DNA of 64,000 nucleotides from Trueperaceae bacterium (GCA_034521815.1 JAXHLW010000013.1:1728001-1792000); one strand, 5' to 3'; positions 24,601 through 33,276 are shown, counted from the first letter of the stretch. Program-made: numbers and translations. Notes: generated by a model not told the origin, from the sequence alone.

Positions 24601-27183
24601 CGACCGCGACGAGCGTCTGGCCGTCGCCGGGACGCGCGTCGCCGGGGACGTACAGCACGGGCGGATCGTTCACCGGCGTGACGTTCACCGGGACCGACAC
24701 GCTTCCGCTGCTGCCGCCGATGCCAGGGATGGCGTCGGTGACGTCGAGGACGATCGTCTGCGCGGCCGCGGGCTCGCGCCCGTCGTGGACGTAGCGCACG
24801 TGGCCGGCGTTCACCTGGGCCTGGGTGAACGTGCCCCCCTCCGCCAACGCGGTCCACGTCCCGTCGCCGGCGACGTCGAGCTGCAGCTGGCCTTCGGCGA
24901 GGTCGGTCCCGGCGGCGACCGTGAACACGATCGAGGCCGGCCCGGCCTCGTCGTCGGTGACCTCGAGCTCGTCGGGCGTCAGCACGCCGGCGCCCCCCTC
25001 GTCCACGCGCAGGGCCCGACCGGGCTCGATCGTGAACGGCGTGTCGGTCGCGGTCACGACGATCGTCGCGGTGCCGCCCGCGCCGTCCAGCCACGCTTCG
25101 TCCGCCAGGGCCGTGACGGCCACCGTCGCGCGCGACGCCGACTGCGTGAAGGCGGTTCCGTCGGGCGTGGTGGCGTCGAGCGCGTGGACGGTCAGGTCGC
25201 CCACCTCGCCGAAATGGCCGGCCGCGGGCACGAAGCGCAGCAGCGCCTCGGCGGGGAGCGCCAGGGCGCTCGAAGGATCGACCGTGCCGACCCCGTGCCA
25301 GCTCACGCCGTTGTTCGTGCTGTAGCTCCAGACCCCTTCGCCGGGGGTGCTGGCGTCGTCCGCGACGGCGAGCGCGAGGAGCGCGTCGCCGTCGACGTCG
25401 CCGTACGTCCCGAGGAACAGGTCGCTCAGGCGTTCGCCCTCGGAATCCAGACTGTTGACGGCGACCGCGTCGAGTTGCGCGTCGCCGGTGGTGGGCGCAT
25501 CGAGGACGTTCGCGACGTCGATCGCGACGGTCGCGGTGTCGTCCTTCGCCTGATCCTGATCCAGCGATCCGCCGAGGTCGTCGACGGTGGCGGTCAGGGT
25601 GACGGTGCCGAAGAAGTCCGGGGCGGGCGCGTAGGCGAGGTCCGCGAGGGCGGTGTTCAGGTCCGCCAGCGTTCCGGTGACGCGAACGCGCGTCCCGCCG
25701 TTGGCGTCCACCTCATCGACCGTCAATCCGGCGATCGTGCCGAACGTCAGGGTGCCGGGGTCGGCGACCGTCGGGCTCCCCTGCGCCGCGACCGCCACCT
25801 CGACGAGCACCGTGAGGTCGGTCGTCCCCGCATCGAGGTCGGTCACCGCGAGCGCCGGTAGCGCCAGCGTCGCATCCTCGTCCATGGCCTGCGGGCCGGG
25901 CACGGTCAGGCTCGGGGGCTCGTTGAACTCGGCCACCTCGAGGGTGACGGTGGCGGGATCCGACTCAACGCCGGCGGCGTCGATCGCTCTGAAGGTGAAC
26001 TCCGTGGAACCGTCGCGGTTCGTCTCGGGGACGAAGCGCAGCGCGGCGGCGCCCTCCGCTTGGGCGCGCGGAAGGGCGGTGCCGACCGTGGCCTCGCCAT
26101 CGCCCACGACCTCGAGGGTGCCCCAGGCGGGCAGCGACTCGATTCGGTAGTCGGTGATGGCCGCGTCGGTGTCCGGGTCGCTGCCGCCGTCCACGTCGCT
26201 GCCCTGGAGACCGAACGTGACCGCGACGTTCTTTTGCGTGCTCACCGTGGCGGAGCTCGCGACCGGCGCGTCGTTGACCGGCGTGACGCTCGTGGCCAGC
26301 GTCGCGCCGAAGGGGTCGAGGCGCTGCTGCGACCCGTCGTCGACGTCCGTGGTTCCGCGCGTCGAGCCACTCGTGAACGTGCCGACGCTCGGCGCGCCGG
26401 CGTTGTCGTCCACCGCGTGGAGCCGCAGCGCCCAGGGGTGCCGAACCGGTCCTCGGCCGGCAGGAAGCGCAACTGCGCGTCGCCAGGCAAGAGCAAGGCG
26501 CTCGCGGGCGAGACGACGCCCACGTCGAACCACGACGCGCCGCCGTCGGTGCTGTACTGCCAGACGCCCTGCTGTGCGGTGGCGGCATCGTCGCTCACCG
26601 CCACGCCGGCGAGGTCGTCGCCGTCGACGTCCGCGAACGCGGTGACGCGCGACGCGACGGGGACGCTGGCCGGGTCCGCCGTGTCCTCGGCCACCGCCGG
26701 CAGCGCGTCGAGGGCGCCGGTGGTCGGACGATCGGGAACCGGGGCGATCGTCAGCTCGAACGACAACGTCGTCGTGTTGCCCGTCGGCGCCGAGAGGTTC
26801 GATTGCACTTCGACGTCGATCGTGAGGTCGCCGAACCAGTCGTCCGCAGGCTCGAAGCTCAGGTCGCTCAGGAACGCGTTGACGGCTTGCCGGTCGCCGT
26901 CGGTGGAGAGCTCGACCGCGCGGACTCCCTCGGACTCGAGCAGGCCGTCGCCCCCGACGGCCCGCACGATCGCACGGTAGGTGCTCGCGTCGGGGCTTTC
27001 GACGCTCAGCTCGATGCCCGCGAAGGAGAACGTCGTGTCCTCGGCCCCCGTCTGGTGCCCGGGATCCGTCACCACCGGCGCGCCCTGCGCCGCGACCGTC
27101 CCTCCTGGCCAGCCGAAGGACGCGGACAGCAGCACGGCGCATGCGATGACGAAGGAAAAGCGGGTGGCGATGCGCGTGAGCAT
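1..27183 (-). CDS. Giant repetitive surface adhesin (>9,000 aa; VCBS, cadherin/tandem-95 Ig-like, CSPG, He_PIG-like and Asp-box-containing repeats), 3' end outside window, interrupted by many 1-nt frameshifts
   Basis: ATG at 27183 with AGGAG RBS; N-terminus MLTRIATRFSFVIACAVLLSASFGWPGGTVAAQG resembles a signal peptide. The same Asp/Thr/Ala/Val/Gly-rich '...TITGxNDAP' repeat grammar passes from ORF to ORF (26242-27342, 21512-27268, 23257-23964, 19266-20546, 17229-18638, 16532-18013, 12019-15609, 10170-12101, 9592-10143, 3140-9496), and a final frame appears open from ~3200 to base 1. Confidence 0.85.
21990..25060 (-). other. CSPG (Cadherin_3-type) repeat region of the adhesin
   Basis: Recurrent FTQAQVNAGHVRYVHDG, FAYADLASVDYTHDGS, FTQADVDAERIAYRS, FTQADVDAGRLAYHHDGGE and FSQADLIDGRLAYRHDGG motifs, the FTQ.D+..G.+.Y.HDG signature of CSPG repeats. 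Confidence 0.75.
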
Positions 27184-27478
27184 GGTCGTTCTCCTGGCGG
27201 CAGAGGCGCCGCGGGGACCGCCGAGGGGACGGGGGTCGAAGATGAATGAGGGGGACGCGATCGGCCACGACGTCCTGCCCAGGTACGACAACGCGACGAG
27301 GGTCGCACGTCTCGACTCACGGAATCGTGAATAGGTGCGCATGTGCCCGATCAGGGACGAATGTTCCTAGCCGGACTCCCCAGCGTGTGTGAACCAAAGC
27401 GGGACCGGGGCGACGACGTGCTGCAGCGTTCGATGCGCATGGGCGACGAAGCTGGCGTGCTTGGCCCGGCTCGGGTGC

Positions 27479-28546
27479 CTACGTCGTCTGCACGCGCGAC
27501 GATCCCAGCTCGATCTTGGACTCGCCCTCGCGCAGCGAGCGCTCGGCCTCCAGACACAGTCGCACGGCGGCCAGGCCGTCTCGGCCGTCCGCCAGGGGAG
27601 GCGGACCGCCCGCGCAGGCGGCGAGGAACGCCTTCGTCTGCAGCGGCAGATCGTGCGCATGTCCCGTCGCTTCGCGCAGATCGAGGCGCTCGGCAGGCGC
27701 GTCGCGATCGTTGCCGGCGTGCAGCCACGCCTCGACCAGCGGATCGGGATCGGCGTCCATCGAGCCCACCCAGTGCGCCCTGAACGCGCCTTCGTCCCCG
27801 ATGAGCGTGAGCGTGACGCGGTGGCCCCAGGCCGCGACCGAGCGGGTCACGGACGCTTGGCCGTGATCGGTCCACAGCCTCACGTCCAGATTCTCCCAGC
27901 CGTCCTCGTGCCCGGCGCGACTCGTCGCGAACGCCTGCAGAGCGCGAGGCTCGCCCAGGAGCCAGCGGGCCAGGTCCAGGTAGTGGATCGGCTCCTCCAG
28001 GATCGAGCTTCCCAGCTTCGCCGGATCGGCCTTCCAGCCCCCCGAGCCAGCGCGGTACGGCCGTCGCCACAGATCCAGCGCCAGGTGCCGAGGCGTTCCC
28101 AGCACGCCGTCGTCCAGCAGCCGCTTGGCGCGCTGGGCCCAGGCGAACGCCCGCATCTCGTGACCGAGCGCCAATACGCGGCCGGCCTCGTCCGCTTCCC
28201 GAAGCAGCCGCTCCGCACCGACGACGTCCAGCGCCATCGGCTTCTCCAGCAGCACGTGACGTCCGGCGCGCAGCGCGGCCGACGCATGCTCGACGTGCAG
28301 ATGGTTCGGGCTCGCGATGATCACGGCCTCCGGCCCGCCGTCCAAGAAGCGTTCCAGCGAGACGAACGCCGGAACGCCCCAGTCGCCGCGCACCCGCTCG
28401 GCGCTGCTCTCGGTCGCGACGAGGACACGGTCCAGGGGAACGCCGAGCGTCGCCAGCGCATCGCGATGCAGCGTGGCCCACCGACCCGCGCCGATCAGTC
28501 CGACGCGCACGTTCGTCTCGGCCCCGCTCTCGACGCCGCCGCTCAC
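27479..28546 (-). CDS. Gfo/Idh/MocA family NAD(P)-dependent oxidoreductase
   Basis: VGLIGAGRWA Rossmann motif, ASPNHLH, LLEKPMA, ILEEPIHYLD; GTG start overlaps the upstream stop (GTGA). Confidence 0.9.
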   Translation of the reverse strand: MSGGVESGAETNVRVGLIGAGRWATLHRDALATLGVPLDRVLVATESSAERVRGDWGVPAFVSLERFLDGGPEAVIIASPNHLHVEHASAALRAGRHVLLEKPMALDVVGAERLLREADEAGRVLALGHEMRAFAWAQRAKRLLDDGVLGTPRHLALDLWRRPYRAGSGGWKADPAKLGSSILEEPIHYLDLARWLLGEPRALQAFATSRAGHEDGWENLDVRLWTDHGQASVTRSVAAWGHRVTLTLIGDEGAFRAHWVGSMDADPDPLVEAWLHAGNDRDAPAERLDLREATGHAHDLPLQTKAFLAACAGGPPPLADGRDGLAAVRLCLEAERSLREGESKIELGSSRVQTT

Positions 28547-29565
28547 GTCGGCATCGCCTCGACCGACAGCCGACTCGGATCGACCGGACGCGCATCGCGC
28601 ACCGCGGCCAGCACGGCCAGCGAGGCGCGCAGCGCCCGCGTTCCCGCGTGCACGTCGGCCAGGCCCTGCGGACCGTCGCCGTCCAGCTCCCGCGCGAACG
28701 CGCGGATCTGCTCGGCCCACGGGTCCACACCGTCCCGCTCGTAGACGCGAGGCTCGGCGCCACGCACCAGCTGCACCGTCGTGCCGTCCGTTTCGATCAG
28801 GCCGCCCGGCCCCACGTAGGTGTGGCGCTCCATCGCCGGAATGCCCGACGGCAGGCCCCACGACAGCTGGATCTGGCCCGATCCGGCCTCGCCGTAGTCG
28901 AGCGACACCTGCACCGTGTCCAACGCCACGTGCTCGATTCCAGCCAGCTCGGGCTTGTCCGCCCCGAACGTGTGGCCGTGAGCCGCGACCCTGACCGGCG
29001 GAACGCCGAAGACGCGCTCCCAGCGATCGAACAGGTGGCACGCCATGTCGATCACCGGACCGCCGTTCGCGCGGGCGTCGTGCATCAGCAGCTTGGGACG
29101 GACCCCGGCGGCCAGCGTGGCCTGCGCCATGATCGGCCCGCCCAGCTCGTCGATGTCCGACTCGACGTGCCTCCACACCGGGTCGAACCGCCGCGTGAAG
29201 CCGATCCGAAGCCTGCGCCCCGAGCTCCGCTCCGCCGCCGCCATCGCCTCGGCGTCCGCCAGCGTGAGCGCGACCGGCTTCTCGCACAGCACGTCCCTGC
29301 CCCCCTCCAGCGCCGCGATCGTCACGGGAGGATGGAGGTACGTCGGCGTGCACACCGACACGACGTCCACGCCCGGGAGCGCGACCGCCTCGATCGGATC
29401 GGCCGCCGACACCGCTCCGTGCTCCGCAGCGAGGACGGACGCGCGCGCCGCGTCGGGATCGCACACCACCACGATCCGCGCGCCGGTCGCCGCCCAATGC
29501 CGGGCGTGCCGGGCCCCCATGTCACCCGCGCCGATCACCGCGACGCCCCGGCGGTCGGGACTCAC
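28543..29565 (-). CDS. Gfo/Idh/MocA family NAD(P)-dependent oxidoreductase
   Basis: VAVIGAGDMG, CTPTYLH, VLCEKPVA, GFTRRFDP, GGPVIDMACHLFD; GTGA overlap with the aldolase stop. Confidence 0.9.
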   Translation of the reverse strand: MSPDRRGVAVIGAGDMGARHARHWAATGARIVVVCDPDAARASVLAAEHGAVSAADPIEAVALPGVDVVSVCTPTYLHPPVTIAALEGGRDVLCEKPVALTLADAEAMAAAERSSGRRLRIGFTRRFDPVWRHVESDIDELGGPIMAQATLAAGVRPKLLMHDARANGGPVIDMACHLFDRWERVFGVPPVRVAAHGHTFGADKPELAGIEHVALDTVQVSLDYGEAGSGQIQLSWGLPSGIPAMERHTYVGPGGLIETDGTTVQLVRGAEPRVYERDGVDPWAEQIRAFARELDGDGPQGLADVHAGTRALRASLAVLAAVRDARPVDPSRLSVEAMPT

Positions 29566-30677
29566 GAGGCGTCGTCCGCCCCGTCGGCCGCGTCCACCCG
29601 GTCGGGCGACGGGTAGCGGCGCACCCAGTCGGGGCCCGCGCCCTCCAGTCGCGGCCTTCCCCCGAAGCGGCGATGCTCCGTCCACGGACGCGCTTCCTGG
29701 ACGCGTGCGCCCAGCCGGCGCATCAGCGGCACCGACCGGGTGCGGAGCGACGCCGCGACCGCGTCGCGATCGGGCCACGCCTCGAGCGCCGACAGCCACA
29801 ACGCCCGCCCGGCCAGGAATCCGCTGGCGCCAGCGCCGACGCCCAGCTCGACACCGAACTCGAACGCCCGCGGGCCGACCCCGGCCGAGAGCAGCACCCA
29901 CGGCACCGGCGACGCCGAATCCATCTCCGCCAGGAGCGTCCGGGCCTCGCCCAGGTCCAGCACCGGCTCGCGCGACTCGCCGTCCAGCGCGCCGGCAGCG
30001 ACCTCGCGCACCCGGTGCGGGTCGAACGGAAGCTCCAGCTTGAACAGGTCCACGCCGAAGGAGGGATCGGCGAAGTGGCGCAGCGAGCCCAGCACGCGCT
30101 CGGCCTTCGCTCGGATCCAGCTCGGATCGCTCACGTCCTCGCCGGGCAGAGGGTAGTCGAGGAGCTCCAGCACGAACGGAAGATCGTAGCGACGACACGC
30201 CTCCGCCGCCTCGAGAACGAACGTGTCCTGGTGGCGGCGGGTCGCGTCCGACACGTCGGGGCGGTCCCAGGCCAGCACCTTGATCGCGTCCGCGCCGGAG
30301 CGGCGCGCCTTCGCGACCGACCAGCCCTCGATCGCGACCGAACGCCGCTCGCCGTCCACCTCGCGAAACGCGTAGCCCTCCAGCGTCGAGAGCATGGCGA
30401 CGTCGCCGGGCAGATCGAGAAGCGCGTGCGGCTGCGCCCAGACGGGGTCGAGAAGCACCGCGCCGGCGTGCGGCCCGAGCTCCCGGATCAGCAGAGCCTT
30501 CGCGTCCGCCACCTCCTCCCAGGAGAGCTCGTCCTCGGAGACGTTCAACGCGGTGGACAGAGCACGGAACAGCGGCGGCCGCTGGTCGACGGCGACCATC
30601 CGGAAGCGGCCGTCCCGGTCGGCGAGGCGCGCCATGCCACGGAGCTTTCCGGCACTCAACGGTTTCGTTTCGGTCAC
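29562..30677 (-). CDS. Class I aldolase, LacD (tagatose-1,6-bisphosphate) / YihT (sulfofructosephosphate) family
   Basis: MVAVDQR, GADAIKVL, DLFKLELP (Schiff-base Lys), PWVLLSAGV, GASGFLAGRALW; AAGGA RBS. Confidence 0.88.
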   Translation of the reverse strand: MTETKPLSAGKLRGMARLADRDGRFRMVAVDQRPPLFRALSTALNVSEDELSWEEVADAKALLIRELGPHAGAVLLDPVWAQPHALLDLPGDVAMLSTLEGYAFREVDGERRSVAIEGWSVAKARRSGADAIKVLAWDRPDVSDATRRHQDTFVLEAAEACRRYDLPFVLELLDYPLPGEDVSDPSWIRAKAERVLGSLRHFADPSFGVDLFKLELPFDPHRVREVAAGALDGESREPVLDLGEARTLLAEMDSASPVPWVLLSAGVGPRAFEFGVELGVGAGASGFLAGRALWLSALEAWPDRDAVAASLRTRSVPLMRRLGARVQEARPWTEHRRFGGRPRLEGAGPDWVRRYPSPDRVDAADGADDAS

Positions 30678-30717
30678 GGCTTCGTCCTTTCGTCGGTCCG
30701 GGAGGCTCGTCGCCGCC

Positions 30718-31707
30718 TCAGGACCACCTGAGCTCGTTCATTTCGCGCGCCGTGCGTCGCTCCAGAAGGCGCGCCACCTCGTCGCCGCTCGGAATCGCGC
30801 CGCGGCCCGGCGCGCCGCACGACAGCGCGGCGGCCACCGACGCGTGCCGCGCGCAGGTGTCGGCGTCCGCTCCGGAGGCCAGCGCGGCCGCCCAGACGCC
30901 GTGGAACACGTCGCCGGCACCGGTGGTGTCGCGCACCTCGACCGGCAGCGCCGGCAGGTGACGAAGGCCGTCGCCCGCGTCGTACACCACGCCCTCGTCG
31001 CCCAGCGTGACGGCGACGGTCTGGTCATCGCGCCACCGCAGGGCGGCCAGCGCGGCCTCCGCCATCTCGGACGCGTCCGCGACGTCGCCGCCAGCCGTTC
31101 CGCCAGCGCCGCCGACGGCGGCCCCCGACCGGACCAGCAGCTCCTCCGCCGCCTCGCGGGCGGCGATCACCACGGTCGCGTCCTCGGTGGCGTCCAGGTC
31201 ACGCAGGTTGCCCAGGTCCACGACCGAGGGGACGTTCGCCTCGCGTGCGGCGCGCAGGACCGCGCGCGCCAGCCTGGGATGGCGGAGGTCGGTCAGCACG
31301 GCGTCGACCGAGGCGACCTGCTCGATCGGCCAGGCGTCCGGGTCGTCGTCGAGCCCCTCGCCCCGGTAGGGGAAGATCCAGCGCTCACCGTCGGACCCGA
31401 CCAGCACGGCGCTCACGAAGCTCCGCGAGCCGGCCGGCACGCGCACGCGGCTCACGTCCACGCCTTCGTCCGTCAGCTCCCTCAGCAGCGACCGGCCGGC
31501 ATCGTCGTCGCCGTGGATCGCCCACAGGCGAGCCTCGACCCCGTAGCGAACCGCCGCCACGGCGGCGGTCGCGGCGGGTCCGCCACCGTGCCGGTGATGG
31601 GCGGCGGCGTCGGTGCGCGAGCCCTCGGGCGGGAAGGTCGCGACGTGCCAGACGAGATCGAGGCAGCTGAGCCCGACGGCCAGCAGGACGGGACGCGTTC
31701 GGCTCAC
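30718..31707 (-). CDS. PfkB family sugar kinase, sulfofructose kinase (YihV)-like
   Basis: GGGPAATAAVAA, GERWIFPY, VLTDLRH, DTTGAGDVFHG and AALSC..PGRGAIP match motifs I recall from E. coli YihV. Confidence 0.85.
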   Translation of the reverse strand: MSRTRPVLLAVGLSCLDLVWHVATFPPEGSRTDAAAHHRHGGGPAATAAVAAVRYGVEARLWAIHGDDDAGRSLLRELTDEGVDVSRVRVPAGSRSFVSAVLVGSDGERWIFPYRGEGLDDDPDAWPIEQVASVDAVLTDLRHPRLARAVLRAAREANVPSVVDLGNLRDLDATEDATVVIAAREAAEELLVRSGAAVGGAGGTAGGDVADASEMAEAALAALRWRDDQTVAVTLGDEGVVYDAGDGLRHLPALPVEVRDTTGAGDVFHGVWAAALASGADADTCARHASVAAALSCGAPGRGAIPSGDEVARLLERRTAREMNELRWS

Positions 31708-33203
31708 CGCTTTTCCTCGTCAGGCGGTGGGGCCTGGTCCGGAGCGCGGGACAGGGCGCCGCCCCCGAGCGCGTCAGGGAACGGCCGGTCGCGCATCGCC
31801 CGGACCTCGGTGCCCGCCCAGCCGCACAGCTCGGCCAAGGCGGCACGGTGATCGCCGTGGGCCAGGGCCAGGTGGTGCGGCACGCGCTGCTCGACCAGCT
31901 CGGCCACGAACCGGCGGGCCGGCACCGGCGACGCCGCCCACGCCGGATGCGCCCACCAGCCGCGGACGCCGTCGAACCCTTCTCGGGCGGCGCCGCGGAA
32001 GGTGCCGCTGGCGATCAGCGCGCCACGTCCGCCGTCGACCAGCCGGAACGCGCTGGCCGGACCGGGCGCCAACGTCTGGTCGCGGACCGGGCCGACGCCG
32101 TCGCGGTTGAAGTGCGTCGTCAGCCGCGGCCTGGGGCCCGCCGGATCGGCCCAGGCGGCCGGCGCGTTGCCGCAGTGCCACAGCAGCAGCGCGTCGGCCT
32201 GCTCGTCCAGGTCGGAGAGGTCCATCAGGATGGCGGGACCACCGGACACCGCCTGCAGCGCCAGCATCGACAGCGCGCCCATCAGGTCGCCCTCGCACGC
32301 GGTCGGCGTGCCACGGCCGGCCACCGACCCCATCGCCGCGCACGCCATGGCGTCGCAGGCGCCCGGCAGCTCGGGCCAGCACCGCACCGCCAGGGCGTCC
32401 GCGCCGGCATCGCGCGCCATCGCTTCGAGCGCCAGCTCGATGCGGGCGCTCCGCAGCACGGTCGCGTCGTCCACCGCGACGTCGTGACCGACGCGCGAGT
32501 CCGAGGCCCGCTGGGCCGCGTCGGCCTCGGGGACCGCCTCGACCGCTCGGTACAGCGCGTCCAGATCCCGGTCCACGACGCGCACGCCGGCGAACGCGGT
32601 GGGCAGCTCCTCCAGGGCGTAGAAGGCGGGCGCCGTTCCGCCGATCCGTAGCACCGTGGCCTCGCGGACCGCTCGAAGCGCGCGGAGGGCGGCGACGGTC
32701 ACGGCGAACGGCGCCAGGAAGCGCTCCTCGTCGACCTCGCCGTGCAGCCACTTGACGGGCGCGTCGCCGTGGCCCACCTGCGGCGTGCCCAGCATCGAGA
32801 GGGTCATCTGCAGGCCGCACAGCGCGTTGAACGGGAGCGGGCCGGTCGCGACGTCGCCTTCGGGCAGCGCCCAGACCGCCAGCCGGGGCGCGGCGTCCAC
32901 CAGCGGCGCGATCAGGTCGCCGGTGGCGAAGGTGACGTGCTGCAGCAGCAGCAGGTCGGGCGGGTCGTCCCGGAGCGCCGCCGCGACGGCGTGGGCCTCC
33001 TCCGCGCTGGTGACGGTGGACGGCGGAAGGGGCACGTCGCCGCGCGGGTGGCGCGCGGCCCCGCCGGCCGGCGTCACCAGCTCGAAGCCGAGACGCTCGG
33101 CAGCGGCGGCCAGTCCATCGCGCGAGCGCTGGACGGCGGACGGGGCGTCCCCTTTGAAAGCGGGGCGCGCCAAAGCGACGTGGGCGATACGTAAAGGTCG
33201 CAT
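31704..33203 (-). CDS. L-fucose/L-arabinose isomerase family aldose-ketose isomerase
   Basis: AVRCWPE, ACEGD..GALSM, MDL...LLWHCG and HHLAL metal-binding motifs. Confidence 0.8.
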   Translation of the reverse strand: MRPLRIAHVALARPAFKGDAPSAVQRSRDGLAAAAERLGFELVTPAGGAARHPRGDVPLPPSTVTSAEEAHAVAAALRDDPPDLLLLQHVTFATGDLIAPLVDAAPRLAVWALPEGDVATGPLPFNALCGLQMTLSMLGTPQVGHGDAPVKWLHGEVDEERFLAPFAVTVAALRALRAVREATVLRIGGTAPAFYALEELPTAFAGVRVVDRDLDALYRAVEAVPEADAAQRASDSRVGHDVAVDDATVLRSARIELALEAMARDAGADALAVRCWPELPGACDAMACAAMGSVAGRGTPTACEGDLMGALSMLALQAVSGGPAILMDLSDLDEQADALLLWHCGNAPAAWADPAGPRPRLTTHFNRDGVGPVRDQTLAPGPASAFRLVDGGRGALIASGTFRGAAREGFDGVRGWWAHPAWAASPVPARRFVAELVEQRVPHHLALAHGDHRAALAELCGWAGTEVRAMRDRPFPDALGGGALSRAPDQAPPPDEEKR

Positions 33204-33276
33204 GATCTCGAGCGAAAGGCTAGCACCTTCGCGGTCCGCGCGCCCTCGTTCGGCGCGCGGTCCGCGGGGCCGCCTG

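Noticed and set aside
9592-26588. Treating the adhesin fragments as separate genes or as programmed frameshifting
   Set aside because: Breaks fall mid-domain with no RBS or restart, and they share no slippery motif or consistent direction.
27295-27372. Possible c-di-GMP-II riboswitch (GGAAC...GGGCAC...GAGTCGAGACGTGCGACC on the minus strand)
   Set aside because: Only scattered motif similarity; I could not form the stem enclosing the GGGCAC loop or the kink-turn. An Infernal search would settle it.
27479-30198. Long N-terminal extensions of the Gfo/Idh/MocA ORFs (to 29497 and 30198)
   Set aside because: They overlap real upstream genes in another frame; GTG starts at the GTGA junctions give normal lengths.
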